DNA of 64,000 nucleotides from an uncultured Clostridiaceae bacterium (GTDB taxonomy: Bacteria > Bacillota > Clostridia > TANB77 > CAG-508), in assembly GCA_947577025.1 (NCBI GenBank), contig CANPTO010000005.1:31048-95047 (forward strand). The letters are read 5' to 3'. Positions 46,983 through 56,087 of the stretch are shown piece after piece. Each line of letters begins with the position of its first letter. Position 1 is the stretch's first letter. A program made the translations under genes and the position numbers. The notes beneath the pieces were generated by a model. It did no database searches and was not told the origin of the DNA. It was given only the letters and a program-made list of their open reading frames with translations.

Positions 46983-47072
46983 CTAATCATTCTTGTTGTT
47001 TTCTTGGCTTTCTTCATTCTTGTTTTTCAACAATTCTTGAATTAATAACCAAATAAGATCAAAAGATGTCAT
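46983..47072 (-). CDS. Possible 29-aa peptide followed by a terminator
   Basis: MTSFDLIWLLIQELLKNKNEESQENNKND with a strong RBS AAAGGGGGTGA. Minus-strand terminator AGTGGT-CTAGCCA-ACCACT + T-run at about 46944-46972. Confidence 0.35.
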   Translation of the reverse strand: MTSFDLIWLLIQELLKNKNEESQENNKND

Positions 47073-47144
47073 TAGATGTTCACCCCCTTTCGCAAGGAAG
47101 ATAATTGTATTATATAGTATTTTAATCTATAAGTCTATAATAAT

Positions 47145-47324
47145 TCAAAAATCATAATTTTTTATTCCTTTTATTACCTTTTCTATTATTTCTTGGTAGC
47201 AGTCTTCATTACCTCTAGCCATTAACTTTATATAGCCTTCTTTAAATTTTAATATGTATTGTAAAGCTTTCTTATTTCCTTCTTTTGCTTTTATTCCTTG
47301 TTCATAAATATTTTTATATTCCAT
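47145..47324 (-). CDS. 59-aa protein, translationally coupled to the sigma-like gene (Tn916 Orf8-like position)
   Basis: ATG at 47324 overlaps the sigma-like stop (ATGGAATATAA). MEYKNIYEQGIKAKEGNKKALQYILKFKEGYIKLMARGNEDCYQEIIEKVIKGIKNYDF. Confidence 0.5.
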   Translation of the reverse strand: MEYKNIYEQGIKAKEGNKKALQYILKFKEGYIKLMARGNEDCYQEIIEKVIKGIKNYDF

Positions 47325-47685
47325 TTTTGTTCTCCTCCATATAATCTTTTAATTTCTTTAATGCTCTTTTTCTTATAATATAAATTGTATTTTGAATAAT
47401 ATTTAATTTTTCGCTTATTAATTCAGGTTTTAAGTCTTTAAAAAAGAAAAATAGAACCACTGACCTTTCATTTTCGGTCAATGATTCTATTGCTTTCCTT
47501 AAAACTTCATTTTCAAAAACATATTCTCCATTTTTTGCATTTTTGCACAAAAGGACACTATCTAACATTTCTGTTACATATTCATCCTCTAAATCCTCTT
47601 TAATTCTTTCTTCTCTTGATTCTATTTTGTGTTTTTTCTTAAAAAAATCAGAAGCTGTTCCTTTTATAGTCTTATTTAAATTCAC
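47314..47685 (-). CDS. Sigma-70 region-4-type small sigma-like factor (Tn916 Orf7-like)
   Basis: 123-aa ORF. LTENERSVVLFFFFKDLKPELISEKLNIIQNTIYIIRKRALKKLK. Confidence 0.7.
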   Translation of the reverse strand: MNLNKTIKGTASDFFKKKHKIESREERIKEDLEDEYVTEMLDSVLLCKNAKNGEYVFENEVLRKAIESLTENERSVVLFFFFKDLKPELISEKLNIIQNTIYIIRKRALKKLKDYMEENKNGI

Positions 47686-48022
47686 CTCCTATTATTTTTT
47701 AATTTATATTTATTTATGAATTTTACCAATAAGCAATTTGTATTTTATTATTCTTATGTTTTTTATTTTTATATCCTTAGTATTTAAAATACCCCTTCTT
47801 TTAGGTAAAATCCCTCATTATTTTACTATAATAGACGAATATTTTATGTCGAATTATCTGCTTATTTTATGTCAATTTTTGTCGTTTTTGTTTTTTATAA
47901 ATTACATTTTGTTTATTTATATACGTTTTGTAGGTCTTTAATGTAATATTTTACATATTTTTCTGTAAAATTTTCTATGTATAGATTATATTGTTTAACT
48001 TAAAATTATATATGGAAATGGG

Positions 48023-48361
48023 GTGCAATTATTGAATTATAAACTTTCTAACGATACTAATGTAAAAATTGGTTTAAGAATAAGAGAAATACGTGAGAAT
48101 TTAGGATATACAAGAGAAAAGTTTGCTGAGCTATTAGATATTTCAGAATCTACTTTGGCAAATATAAAACTTGGAAGAACATACATATCTCAAAATATTT
48201 TATTAGTTTTATATTCAAAATTTGGAATATCAAGTGATGATATATTACATGGAACTAATAAAACAAATACTACTCAAGATAAAATTAATAGAATTATTTC
48301 TAGTTTAAACAAAGATGACTGTAGATATATTTATAAAATTATTATTGATATATTAATTTAA
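48023..48361 (+). CDS. XRE-family HTH regulator (Tn916 Orf9-like position, divergent)
   Basis: 112-aa ORF. IGLRIREIRENLGYTREKFAELLDISESTLANIKLGR. Confidence 0.8.
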   Translation: MQLLNYKLSNDTNVKIGLRIREIRENLGYTREKFAELLDISESTLANIKLGRTYISQNILLVLYSKFGISSDDILHGTNKTNTTQDKINRIISSLNKDDCRYIYKIIIDILI

Positions 48362-48414
48362 TTATATGAAACATAAGCAAGCCTTTCAGAATAAAACTGA
48401 AAGGCTTGTACGTT

Positions 48415-48750
48415 TTATTTTATATTTTCCAAAAAATCTTTTACAGATGCATTCAATAGTCTAGTAACAGATATTCCTGTTTTTCTATGCATACTATTTA
48501 ATGCTTCAAAATTTTTCTTTCTAAGCATTATACTTCTATATGTTACAGTTTCTCTTTTTGGTTTTTCATAATAATATGGAGAATTTTTCTCAATAAAATC
48601 TTCAATACTAACATTAATAAGTTCACTAATTGTTGCATCATATTTCTTTTTCGATAATTTTAAAAGTTCTGAATATAAAGTATCTTCTATATTTATGGAC
48701 TTTTTAATTGCTTTATTATCTATTTCATATAACCTATCTATTGCACTCAT
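48415..48750 (-). CDS. Tandem ribbon-helix-helix-like protein
   Basis: 111-aa ORF with two similar modules (INIEDTLYSELLKLSKKKYDATISELINVSIEDFI and IMLRKKNFEALNSMHRKTGISVTRLLNASVKDFL). Confidence 0.5.
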   Translation of the reverse strand: MSAIDRLYEIDNKAIKKSINIEDTLYSELLKLSKKKYDATISELINVSIEDFIEKNSPYYYEKPKRETVTYRSIMLRKKNFEALNSMHRKTGISVTRLLNASVKDFLENIK

Positions 48751-48918
48751 ATATTAACCTCCTCATGCTCATTTATGAGTATTTTAATTATAATTATTTT
48801 TATTATTAATTAATACTAGTATGATTTATTCGCATATGAGCATAAACAGGTGGACTTATGTTGATTTTTATAGTATAATAGAAATAGAAAGTTAATTTCT
48901 ATCATAAAGGAGGTTTCT

Positions 48919-49377
48919 ATGAAATTATCTAATAAACTTTTAGAATATTTATATAATTCTACCCAAAATCTAGAATCTGGATTTATTATTACTGATTTAA
49001 CTAATATAATATATGTAAATACATCGCAGCTAAGTAGTAATTTTAATCCTATTAGTGAAGAAAATTATTTAAGTAAAACGATTAGTAAAAAACTTACTAA
49101 AATTATAAAAAAGTTATCTAAATTTAATCAATTTGATGATACTTTGTTGCAAACATATATTAAAGAAGATAATAATTTTGATAAAAATCTTCTTCCAGAA
49201 ATATTTAAAAATGATAAAGCTTTATATCGTACTCAACTAATTTTCCCTATATTTCATAATAATAAAATAGATGGTTTATTTATATGTTTTAAAACAAATT
49301 CTTTCTATAATGATTTTAATATAGAATTTGCTAAAAACATAAGAAATGTTATAGAAGATATGTCGAGTGAGAATTAA
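48919..49377 (+). CDS. Small GAF/SpoVT-C-like protein, co-transcribed with the AbiQ/ToxN-like gene
   Basis: 152-aa ORF, RBS AAAGGAGG. C-terminal ...YRTQLIFPIFHNNKIDGLFICFKTN resembles the SpoVT C-terminal GAF-like fold (weak call). Confidence 0.45.
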   Translation: MKLSNKLLEYLYNSTQNLESGFIITDLTNIIYVNTSQLSSNFNPISEENYLSKTISKKLTKIIKKLSKFNQFDDTLLQTYIKEDNNFDKNLLPEIFKNDKALYRTQLIFPIFHNNKIDGLFICFKTNSFYNDFNIEFAKNIRNVIEDMSSEN

Positions 49378-49404
49378 GAACAAATTTTAGATACAGGAGG
49401 AAAA

Positions 49405-49923
49405 ATGAAAGTATATACAGCTGATGCAAATTATTGTAATTATTTACATTATTATGAACCTAAAATTCCATTTGTAAAAAACGAAAAGGAAAATAGACCA
49501 TTTATAGGAACTTTGTTATGTGTTAATGGAAAGAACTTTTTTGCTCCACTTACTTCTCCCAAACCAAAACACTTAACAATGAAAAATGCTCAAGACTTTT
49601 TAAAAATAGATAATGGGAAATTAGGTGGTATTAATTTAAACAATATGATTCCTATTCCTAAAAGTTGTTTGCAAGAAATAAATATTAGAAGTATTAAGGA
49701 TATAAAATATAGGAAGATGTTGTATATGCAAATGGACTGGATAGAGAAAAACAAAGAAAGAATAAACAAAAGGGCTAAAAATTTATATTTTTTAATTATT
49801 CAAAAGAAAGCAACTACTTACCTAATTGAAAGATGCTGCGATTTTAAATTATTAGAAGAAAAATGCCAAGAATTTATGAATGGTAATTTGATTATGGAAA
49901 ATGAAATTTTATATACTTACTAG
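49405..49923 (+). CDS. AbiQ/ToxN-family type III toxin endoribonuclease
   Basis: 172-aa ORF. MKVYTADANYCNYLHYYEPKIPF...RPFIGTLLCVNGKNFFAPLTSPKPKH...GKLGGINLNNMIPIP parallels the ToxN/AbiQ N-terminal pattern (KFYT...YL..FD.KV...AFIG......YLAPLTSPK..H...LG.INL..MIP). Confidence 0.8.
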   Translation: MKVYTADANYCNYLHYYEPKIPFVKNEKENRPFIGTLLCVNGKNFFAPLTSPKPKHLTMKNAQDFLKIDNGKLGGINLNNMIPIPKSCLQEINIRSIKDIKYRKMLYMQMDWIEKNKERINKRAKNLYFLIIQKKATTYLIERCCDFKLLEEKCQEFMNGNLIMENEILYTY

Positions 49924-49936
49924 TTTATAAAAATAT

Positions 49937-49968
49937 ACAAAACGTCAATAAAAGTATTAACGTTTTGT
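49937..49968. terminator. Bidirectional terminator-like hairpin
   Basis: ACAAAACGT - 14 nt - ACGTTTTGT. Confidence 0.6.
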
Positions 49969-50007
49969 TCTAGTTCTTAATATTATTTAATTATCTTTTA
50001 AAACAAA

Positions 50008-51168
50008 TTAATCATTACTTGGAACTTCAATAGTAACTAATCCTGTTGTTTTTTCAAATTTATTTCCTAACAATTCATTTGCATATTGTTCTAAGTCTTG
50101 TAATGGAAAACAAAGGCTTATTCTTTTATCTGTTGAAATAATATATCTGTTTCCTATTGTTACTGAGCCAACCTTACCAGGTATTAGAAATTCATAATCA
50201 TTTATTTTTATCTTTATTCCATTATTATATTCTTCTGTTATGTTATAATCATCTAGCCATCCTTTTTCTTGTATTTTTGAGTATACTATTGGAGTTGTTA
50301 TTTTTTCAATAGTTGATTCATCTGTTATTTCTACTTCTTTATTAGGGCTTATTATTGTTATTTTATTTGTGTTAAACATTTGCTCTTTTTCTTCGATATT
50401 ATCAAATGTATTTTCTAAAATTGTATCCAAACCTTCTATTCCATATGCTTCATATAATATTCCATCTTTTAGTAAAAAACCTCTATCATTTTGTTTATAT
50501 TTAAATATTTCTACTCCATTATTAAAATTTATTTTATAATCAGGTGCTACCATTGACATTTCGTAATCCATTTCCTTCGTATAAACATCTTTACATTGGT
50601 TTAAAATATATTCTATTGCGGTTTTTCTTTCTATGTTTATTTGCTTATCTTCATTATTAGTAATAGTTATTTTATCTGTTTTAAATATAGCTACATTTTC
50701 AGTAAGTTTTACATCAACTATATCTACTACTTTTCTTAATATGTCTGGATTTATTTTTGTTAAAAATTGAGTATCTTTATTAAACATCATAACAAATCCA
50801 TCATCATCGTAACTATCAAATTTAAATTTTATATTATTGCCTAAATCAACACAATATTCTCCCATAACTGCTAAACCGATTTGTCCAGAATAATTATTTA
50901 ATTTCTTATTTGATATATTATCTCTTATTAGTTTTATTAATTCTTTATCCTTTACAGCTATATCAAAACTTTCCTCTTGCCACCTGTATGTATAAGTTAT
51001 TTTTATATTGTCTTGTTCTTCTAATGTAACAATTTCTTTTGGTACTTTAATTTTATAATGTAAATATTCTATTATTTCTCTGCCTAAACTTGAAAATAAC
51101 ATTGCACTTACTAATATTATTAATATAGCAATCAATACTAAAATTATTATTACCTTTTTCTTATTCAT
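50008..51168 (-). CDS. Membrane-anchored hypothetical protein
   Basis: 386-aa ORF. N-terminal KKKVIIILVLIAILIILVSAMLF anchor; the rest is unrecognised. Confidence 0.55.
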   Translation of the reverse strand: MNKKKVIIILVLIAILIILVSAMLFSSLGREIIEYLHYKIKVPKEIVTLEEQDNIKITYTYRWQEESFDIAVKDKELIKLIRDNISNKKLNNYSGQIGLAVMGEYCVDLGNNIKFKFDSYDDDGFVMMFNKDTQFLTKINPDILRKVVDIVDVKLTENVAIFKTDKITITNNEDKQINIERKTAIEYILNQCKDVYTKEMDYEMSMVAPDYKINFNNGVEIFKYKQNDRGFLLKDGILYEAYGIEGLDTILENTFDNIEEKEQMFNTNKITIISPNKEVEITDESTIEKITTPIVYSKIQEKGWLDDYNITEEYNNGIKIKINDYEFLIPGKVGSVTIGNRYIISTDKRISLCFPLQDLEQYANELLGNKFEKTTGLVTIEVPSND

Positions 51169-51305
51169 TTTTTATCACCAATTTAACCTTTCTATAATTT
51201 AGACAGTTTTTTATATTATTTTTGTTGGTTATTTAATAGCATTATATATTATATATAACATAAGAGTAGAATTTTATCAATAAAAATATCTACTCTTATT
51301 AAAGA

Positions 51306-52709
51306 TTATACAATTTGCTTTTCTATATTTAATATAACATCTTTTCTTCTATATACTGAAAATGTAACTGCTAAACTCATCATGTTAATTATTAAACTTA
51401 TTCCACTGTACGAAATAAGTGGTATGTTAAAATCCGCTTTTATTCCTAAATTTAAATTCATTAATAAATTAAATATGCTTTGTAATATAAATGTAGTTGC
51501 TATTCCTACTATTAATAGTTTTCCATATTCATCTTTTATTTTTATTGAATTTATAATTAGTTTGGTATTTAGTAATATAATCGTCATCACCATTCCTATA
51601 CTGATTATCCAACCATAATGTGCAAGTATAGAAATGAAAGCAAAGTTTGTTCCATCATCAAATATTCTTAAATAGTCCTCTTTAGTTAGGTTATCTTCTA
51701 TTGCTAGCTCCATATCTGCTTCTCCTATTAGTTTTGCTGAATTTATAACTTGTTTTTGTAACATTCCTTGCCAGCCTGCTCCAGTTGGATCTGTTTCTGG
51801 ATAAAATGAGCCAATTATTCTATTCATTCTAAACATTCCATTACTATTAATTAATAAACATGTTATTAATATTATTAATATTGTAGGTATGCTCCACAAT
51901 GTAGTTATATATTTCCTTCTATTTTCTTTTAATTGCAATAACTTTATTGTACTTATTACCAAATAAGTAAGTGCTAATATAATAGCTGATGTTATATAGT
52001 CTACTGCTAAAAATAATATTATTGAAATTATACTTAAAACTATTATTATTTTTAAAAGGCTTATATTAAACTCTTTTTCTTCTATTACTATTTTTATTTT
52101 GCTTTGTTTTTTCAAATTTTGTATGAAACCTACAAATGCTATTATATAAAGTGGCATAGTAAATATAGCAGGAGAAACTCTTGCTATTCCAAAATTCAAA
52201 TATACTCTTCCATAAGTATTTGTGCTAAATATTATTGAAAGAATTATAATAGCAGTTGCTAGTATATATAAATATTTAGAATTTTTTTGTAGTTTTCTAT
52301 AATCAAAAAAATAAATTCCTATACTTAATAATAGACCTATTACTGTACAAATGGCAAATACTATTATAGCTCTAATGTCTCCACCAAAACTAATTATTTC
52401 GTATTTTATAGCTCTAGTAAATGCTACTAAAAATCCAAATGCTAGTGTAATAACTACCATTATTAGTAGTTTCCAGTCTAATTTGGGTTTATGTATTTTA
52501 TTTAGCTTTTTTCCTATTTCTTCTGCTTTTCCCATTTGATTTATTGCTTTTTCTTCCGCTTCTATTTCTTTTATTCCTTCCTGTATATAATTCTCCTTAG
52601 CCTCTTTAATATGATTTTCTAATTCTTCTGATATTTCATTTCTGATAGGTTTGTATTTTATTTGCTCACATACATTATTTAAAAATTCTTTAATTTGCAA
52701 ATGAAACAC
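51306..52709 (-). CDS. PadR-associated membrane protein: N-terminal 'permease prefix' helix domain + FtsW/RodA/SpoVE-like polytopic domain
   Basis: 467-aa ORF. N-terminus IKEFLNNVCEQIKYKPIRNEISEELENHIKE; C-terminal region ...FNIPLISYSGISLIINM... resembles the SEDS signature. Confidence 0.55.
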   Translation of the reverse strand: MFHLQIKEFLNNVCEQIKYKPIRNEISEELENHIKEAKENYIQEGIKEIEAEEKAINQMGKAEEIGKKLNKIHKPKLDWKLLIMVVITLAFGFLVAFTRAIKYEIISFGGDIRAIIVFAICTVIGLLLSIGIYFFDYRKLQKNSKYLYILATAIIILSIIFSTNTYGRVYLNFGIARVSPAIFTMPLYIIAFVGFIQNLKKQSKIKIVIEEKEFNISLLKIIIVLSIISIILFLAVDYITSAIILALTYLVISTIKLLQLKENRRKYITTLWSIPTILIILITCLLINSNGMFRMNRIIGSFYPETDPTGAGWQGMLQKQVINSAKLIGEADMELAIEDNLTKEDYLRIFDDGTNFAFISILAHYGWIISIGMVMTIILLNTKLIINSIKIKDEYGKLLIVGIATTFILQSIFNLLMNLNLGIKADFNIPLISYSGISLIINMMSLAVTFSVYRRKDVILNIEKQIV

Positions 52710-53028
52710 CTCCTAATACTTTATTTATTCCATTACTAAATATTTTCCATTCTTCTTTTCTTTCTTTTAATTGTTTTTTTCCTTTTTCAGTAATAGCATA
52801 ATACTTCCTTTTTTTTGCTGTACTTTCATCCCAATATGATGTAATGAAATTTTCTTCCTCTAAGGAATGTAATATTGGATATAATGTTCCTTCTTTTAGT
52901 TCAAATATATTTTGCGATTTTTCACTTAGTTTTTTTATCATTTGATAGCCATACATATTCTCACTTTTTAGCATTTCTAATATAAGCATTGTTGTACTTC
53001 CTTTTAATAATTCTTTACTTACCTTCAT
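52690..53028 (-). CDS. PadR-family transcriptional regulator
   Basis: 112-aa ORF. LKGSTTMLILEMLKSENMYGYQMIKKL...EGTLYPILHSLEEENFI. Confidence 0.85.
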   Translation of the reverse strand: MKVSKELLKGSTTMLILEMLKSENMYGYQMIKKLSEKSQNIFELKEGTLYPILHSLEEENFITSYWDESTAKKRKYYAITEKGKKQLKERKEEWKIFSNGINKVLGGVSFAN

Positions 53029-53145
53029 TTTCCCCCTCCTTTATGCATAGTTTATCTATGTATTTTTATATATTGTATATCTAGGTATTAAAAATGTCAA
53101 TGGGTAAATAAAAATAGCAGTAATTTCTGCTACTTTTTATAAAAC

Positions 53146-54186
53146 TTATTCATAGTTATAAACTAAATTATATTTATTCAATATACTAATTATCTTTTTG
53201 CCTGTTTCTGATATGTTCATTTCATTTGTAGATTTAATTAAGTCTGTAAATTCTGCTTTATCATAATCAACTACTAGAAGATTATTCTTTTTAACATATT
53301 TAACTTTAACAAATGATAGTGGTGCATCTTCAGCCCATATTCCTATATTTTCATACTCATCTTCTATATTTGCTAGGTTGTTTTTTATCTCGGCTATGTC
53401 TTCTTTTGAAATAGTATTAATTTTTTTTCCTACATATTTTGATATTTCATTTGATGTAATTTCATCAATGTTTATTGAAAGTTCTTCATTTTCATTACAT
53501 GGAATTGTATATTCATATACATCTCCATATCCATCTATGTATTTCCCTTTAATGGTATTTGCCTCAGCTTTACTTGTATAGCCTCCATACATTCCACAAA
53601 CAATAATTGGTTCTTCTTCGTAATCTGTGTGTACAATATCTGTAGATGCTAAGTAAGAATAATGTTCTTTTACATTACTTTTTAATTTTGTACCATCAAA
53701 TATATAAGATAATACTTTATTTTCTATATCATTTGGAAAAATTTTCTTTATGGATTTTGTATGTTCACTACCATCCTTAGGTACTTCATAATTTATAACT
53801 TCATTATTTTCATTAAAAGTAAATTTATATGGTATACAACTTCCTACATCACTACGAATTTTTTCATGTTTGGTGTAGTAACATTCTTCTAAAATATACA
53901 TATATGCATATTTTTCATTTTTTCTTTCATTTACACTTATTCCAAATCCTTTATAATCTGTAAAAACTTGGTAGTCTTCTTTGTTATTATCATAACTTTT
54001 TTCTTTTCGCTCACTTACTATATAATCTATTGCTTTAGAGTATAAAAAGTCGTGGTCTGTTATCCAATTTGTTTTGTTATTTGCTAATATAATTGTTGTA
54101 ACAATTAGTAATAAAACTATTGCCATTATTGTTATGATTACTATACTTTTCTTATTATTCATATATTCTAATCTCCTTTTTTTCAT
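53146..54186 (-). CDS. Membrane-anchored hypothetical protein
   Basis: 346-aa ORF with an N-terminal anchor SIVIITIMAIVLLLIVTTIILA. Confidence 0.5.
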   Translation of the reverse strand: MKKRRLEYMNNKKSIVIITIMAIVLLLIVTTIILANNKTNWITDHDFLYSKAIDYIVSERKEKSYDNNKEDYQVFTDYKGFGISVNERKNEKYAYMYILEECYYTKHEKIRSDVGSCIPYKFTFNENNEVINYEVPKDGSEHTKSIKKIFPNDIENKVLSYIFDGTKLKSNVKEHYSYLASTDIVHTDYEEEPIIVCGMYGGYTSKAEANTIKGKYIDGYGDVYEYTIPCNENEELSINIDEITSNEISKYVGKKINTISKEDIAEIKNNLANIEDEYENIGIWAEDAPLSFVKVKYVKKNNLLVVDYDKAEFTDLIKSTNEMNISETGKKIISILNKYNLVYNYE

Positions 54187-54238
54187 AATATCATAAAAGC
54201 AGATAATTCACAACTATTTATCTGCTTTCTAGTATTTT

Positions 54239-55435
54239 TTACTCTCCACCAACAACTTCTCCAGTAGCTGTGTCTATAAAATATGTAAAACTATCTTCGT
54301 TATATTTAGAATTATTTGTTTGTTCAAATTTTAATTTAACTCTCCATACTTGTCTTATTTTTTCTTCTACACGATAATATAAAAGTTTATTTAATGGATA
54401 ATTTTCAGTAGTTACTGACTCATAATAATGTTCAAAGTTATTTTCTCTTAAATATGCATTACCATTTATTCCTACTATATCTAACTCAATGTTAATATCT
54501 TTAATATTATATCCAATATTTAATTGTTTTTCTTTTACTATTGCTATTTCTTTTGCCTTTTCTTTATCTATTATTATATCTGTATTTTCTGGTGCTTTAT
54601 CTGTATATATAAAATGTTCTAATTGGTTTATTCCTGGTACTATTCCAACTGATATTTCTTCTGATTCATTAACAACACCATTGTACTCTGTATTATATTT
54701 AACCCTCCACATATTCGCATCTTCTGGACTATATTCTGTACTTATATGTTTTTGTAACTTATTTTCAAAGGCACTTTGAGATATATTAAAGCTTACTTCT
54801 TTATGACTATATTTTGATAAATCATATCCATACTTTTTACATATTTCTTCGACTACTGTTTCTACTTCTTCCTGCGTTCCTCTACAATCCTCAATATCTT
54901 TATATGCAATATCAGTAAATATTTTAAAATTTCTAGTGTCTTTTGCATCTATATCTATTAAAAATTTATTTTCTGTTGTTGCCCTATAAAATAAACTATC
55001 ATCTGAAGGGTTATCAGCCAATTCTATTGAGATAATTTTTTCGTTTTCATAACCAAATTTTTTTAATATCTCTTCAAATCTTATTTTTGCTGTCTCTTTT
55101 GTAATAGCATTTTGTTTACTTATATCAATGTTTTTTGAATGCCCTATTCCATACAGTTCATTTTCATTATATTCATAATTATCTCCATAAAAGCTATCAA
55201 CTTTTTCAGGCTCTTTCCATACATTTTCATATATTTTTGTAGTAGCAAATACTATTCCTGATGTTAGAAATATTACTCCACAAGTTCTTGCTGCTACTAA
55301 AACAGTATTTTTTATTGTATTTTTATTCTTTCTTTTCCCATTTTTTAATGCATTTTTTATAACATATTCACATCTAATAGGAATTTCAACTTGCTCTGAT
55401 AAATCATTAAATAATTTTCTATCTAACTCATCCAT
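54239..55435 (-). CDS. Putative anti-sigma factor (single-pass, extracytoplasmic domain)
   Basis: 398-aa ORF immediately downstream of the ECF sigma gene. Short cytoplasmic N-terminus, TM VLVAARTCGVIFLTSGIVFAT, large C-terminal domain. Confidence 0.55.
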   Translation of the reverse strand: MDELDRKLFNDLSEQVEIPIRCEYVIKNALKNGKRKNKNTIKNTVLVAARTCGVIFLTSGIVFATTKIYENVWKEPEKVDSFYGDNYEYNENELYGIGHSKNIDISKQNAITKETAKIRFEEILKKFGYENEKIISIELADNPSDDSLFYRATTENKFLIDIDAKDTRNFKIFTDIAYKDIEDCRGTQEEVETVVEEICKKYGYDLSKYSHKEVSFNISQSAFENKLQKHISTEYSPEDANMWRVKYNTEYNGVVNESEEISVGIVPGINQLEHFIYTDKAPENTDIIIDKEKAKEIAIVKEKQLNIGYNIKDINIELDIVGINGNAYLRENNFEHYYESVTTENYPLNKLLYYRVEEKIRQVWRVKLKFEQTNNSKYNEDSFTYFIDTATGEVVGGE

Positions 55436-55437
55436 AT

Positions 55438-55953
55438 CTATATCCTCCCATATTCTTTATAAATTTTTCTTATTTTATCTTTTGCCCTCGTTCTTTTAGT
55501 TCTTATTGTGCTTTCTTTTATATTCATTATTTTGCCAATTTCTTTATCTGTATATTTTTCCATATAATATAAAAGAATAATTGTACCTTCTTCTTTATTT
55601 AATTTATTACAAATAAAATTAAAATTTATTTTTTCTTCTGCATTATCTTGACTAGTTATTTCATTTTCTAAAATTTCATATGAACATTCTTTTTTACTAT
55701 CTCTACTTTTATAAAATTTATTGCATTCATTAATTAATATTTTTATAACCCATGTTTTAAAATATTGATTATATTTTAGTTTTTTTAATGACTTGTATGC
55801 TAATAACATTGTTTCTTGAATAGCATCAAATACATCATCATCATTTTTTAGTCTAATTTTAGCAATTTTATAAAGTTCACCTTTCATTTGTAACATAAGT
55901 TCTGTGAATGCTATTTCATTACCACATTTAGCTTTTGCAACTAATTCTTCCAT
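55438..55953 (-). CDS. ECF-type RNA polymerase sigma factor
   Basis: 171-aa ORF. Region 2 ...DDVFDAIQETMLLAYKSLKKLK....FKTWVIKILINECNKFY and region 4 ...KYTDKEIGKIMNIKESTIRTKRTRAKDKI. Confidence 0.85.
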   Translation of the reverse strand: MEELVAKAKCGNEIAFTELMLQMKGELYKIAKIRLKNDDDVFDAIQETMLLAYKSLKKLKYNQYFKTWVIKILINECNKFYKSRDSKKECSYEILENEITSQDNAEEKINFNFICNKLNKEEGTIILLYYMEKYTDKEIGKIMNIKESTIRTKRTRAKDKIRKIYKEYGRI

Positions 55954-55956
55954 AAC

Positions 55957-56038
55957 TTCTCCTTTTATTTTTCAAGCTTGATTTACTTATTAGATAGTTT
56001 AAGTTTATAAATTCATTTCATTTTTTATAAATTTTATC
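55957..56038 (-). promoter_or_regulatory. ~82-nt promoter/5'UTR block upstream of the ECF sigma gene, duplicated at 57004-57086
   Basis: TTCTCCTTTTATTTTTCAAGCTTG.TTTACTTA.TAGATAGTTTAAGTTTATAAATTCATTTCATTTTTTATAAATTTTATC is nearly identical in both places. Confidence 0.75.
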
Positions 56039-56087
56039 ATATTTTTATTTACTAACAGAAAAAAGTGGCTTTTGCCACTCTTTAATA

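Larger units (their letters stand above)
43966..50007 (-). mobile_element. Putative ~6-kb serine-recombinase element with a Tn916/Tn5397-like regulatory module and AbiQ cargo (right boundary uncertain)
   Basis: The left end is defined by truncation of the deacetylase gene at the recombinase stop. Gene order recombinase - small ORF - HTH - small ORFs - sigma-like - divergent XRE mirrors the Tn916 orf9/orf7/orf8...recombinase layout. The right end is guessed at the hairpin 49937-49968. Confidence 0.4.

Noticed and set aside
48751-49404. Hidden ToxI-like tandem RNA repeats upstream of the AbiQ/ToxN-like gene.
   Set aside because: Reading both strands, I found no ~30-40-nt periodic repetition. 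There is only a short inverted pair (ATGCTCAT / ATGAGCAT) in 48760-48845. This should still be confirmed computationally.
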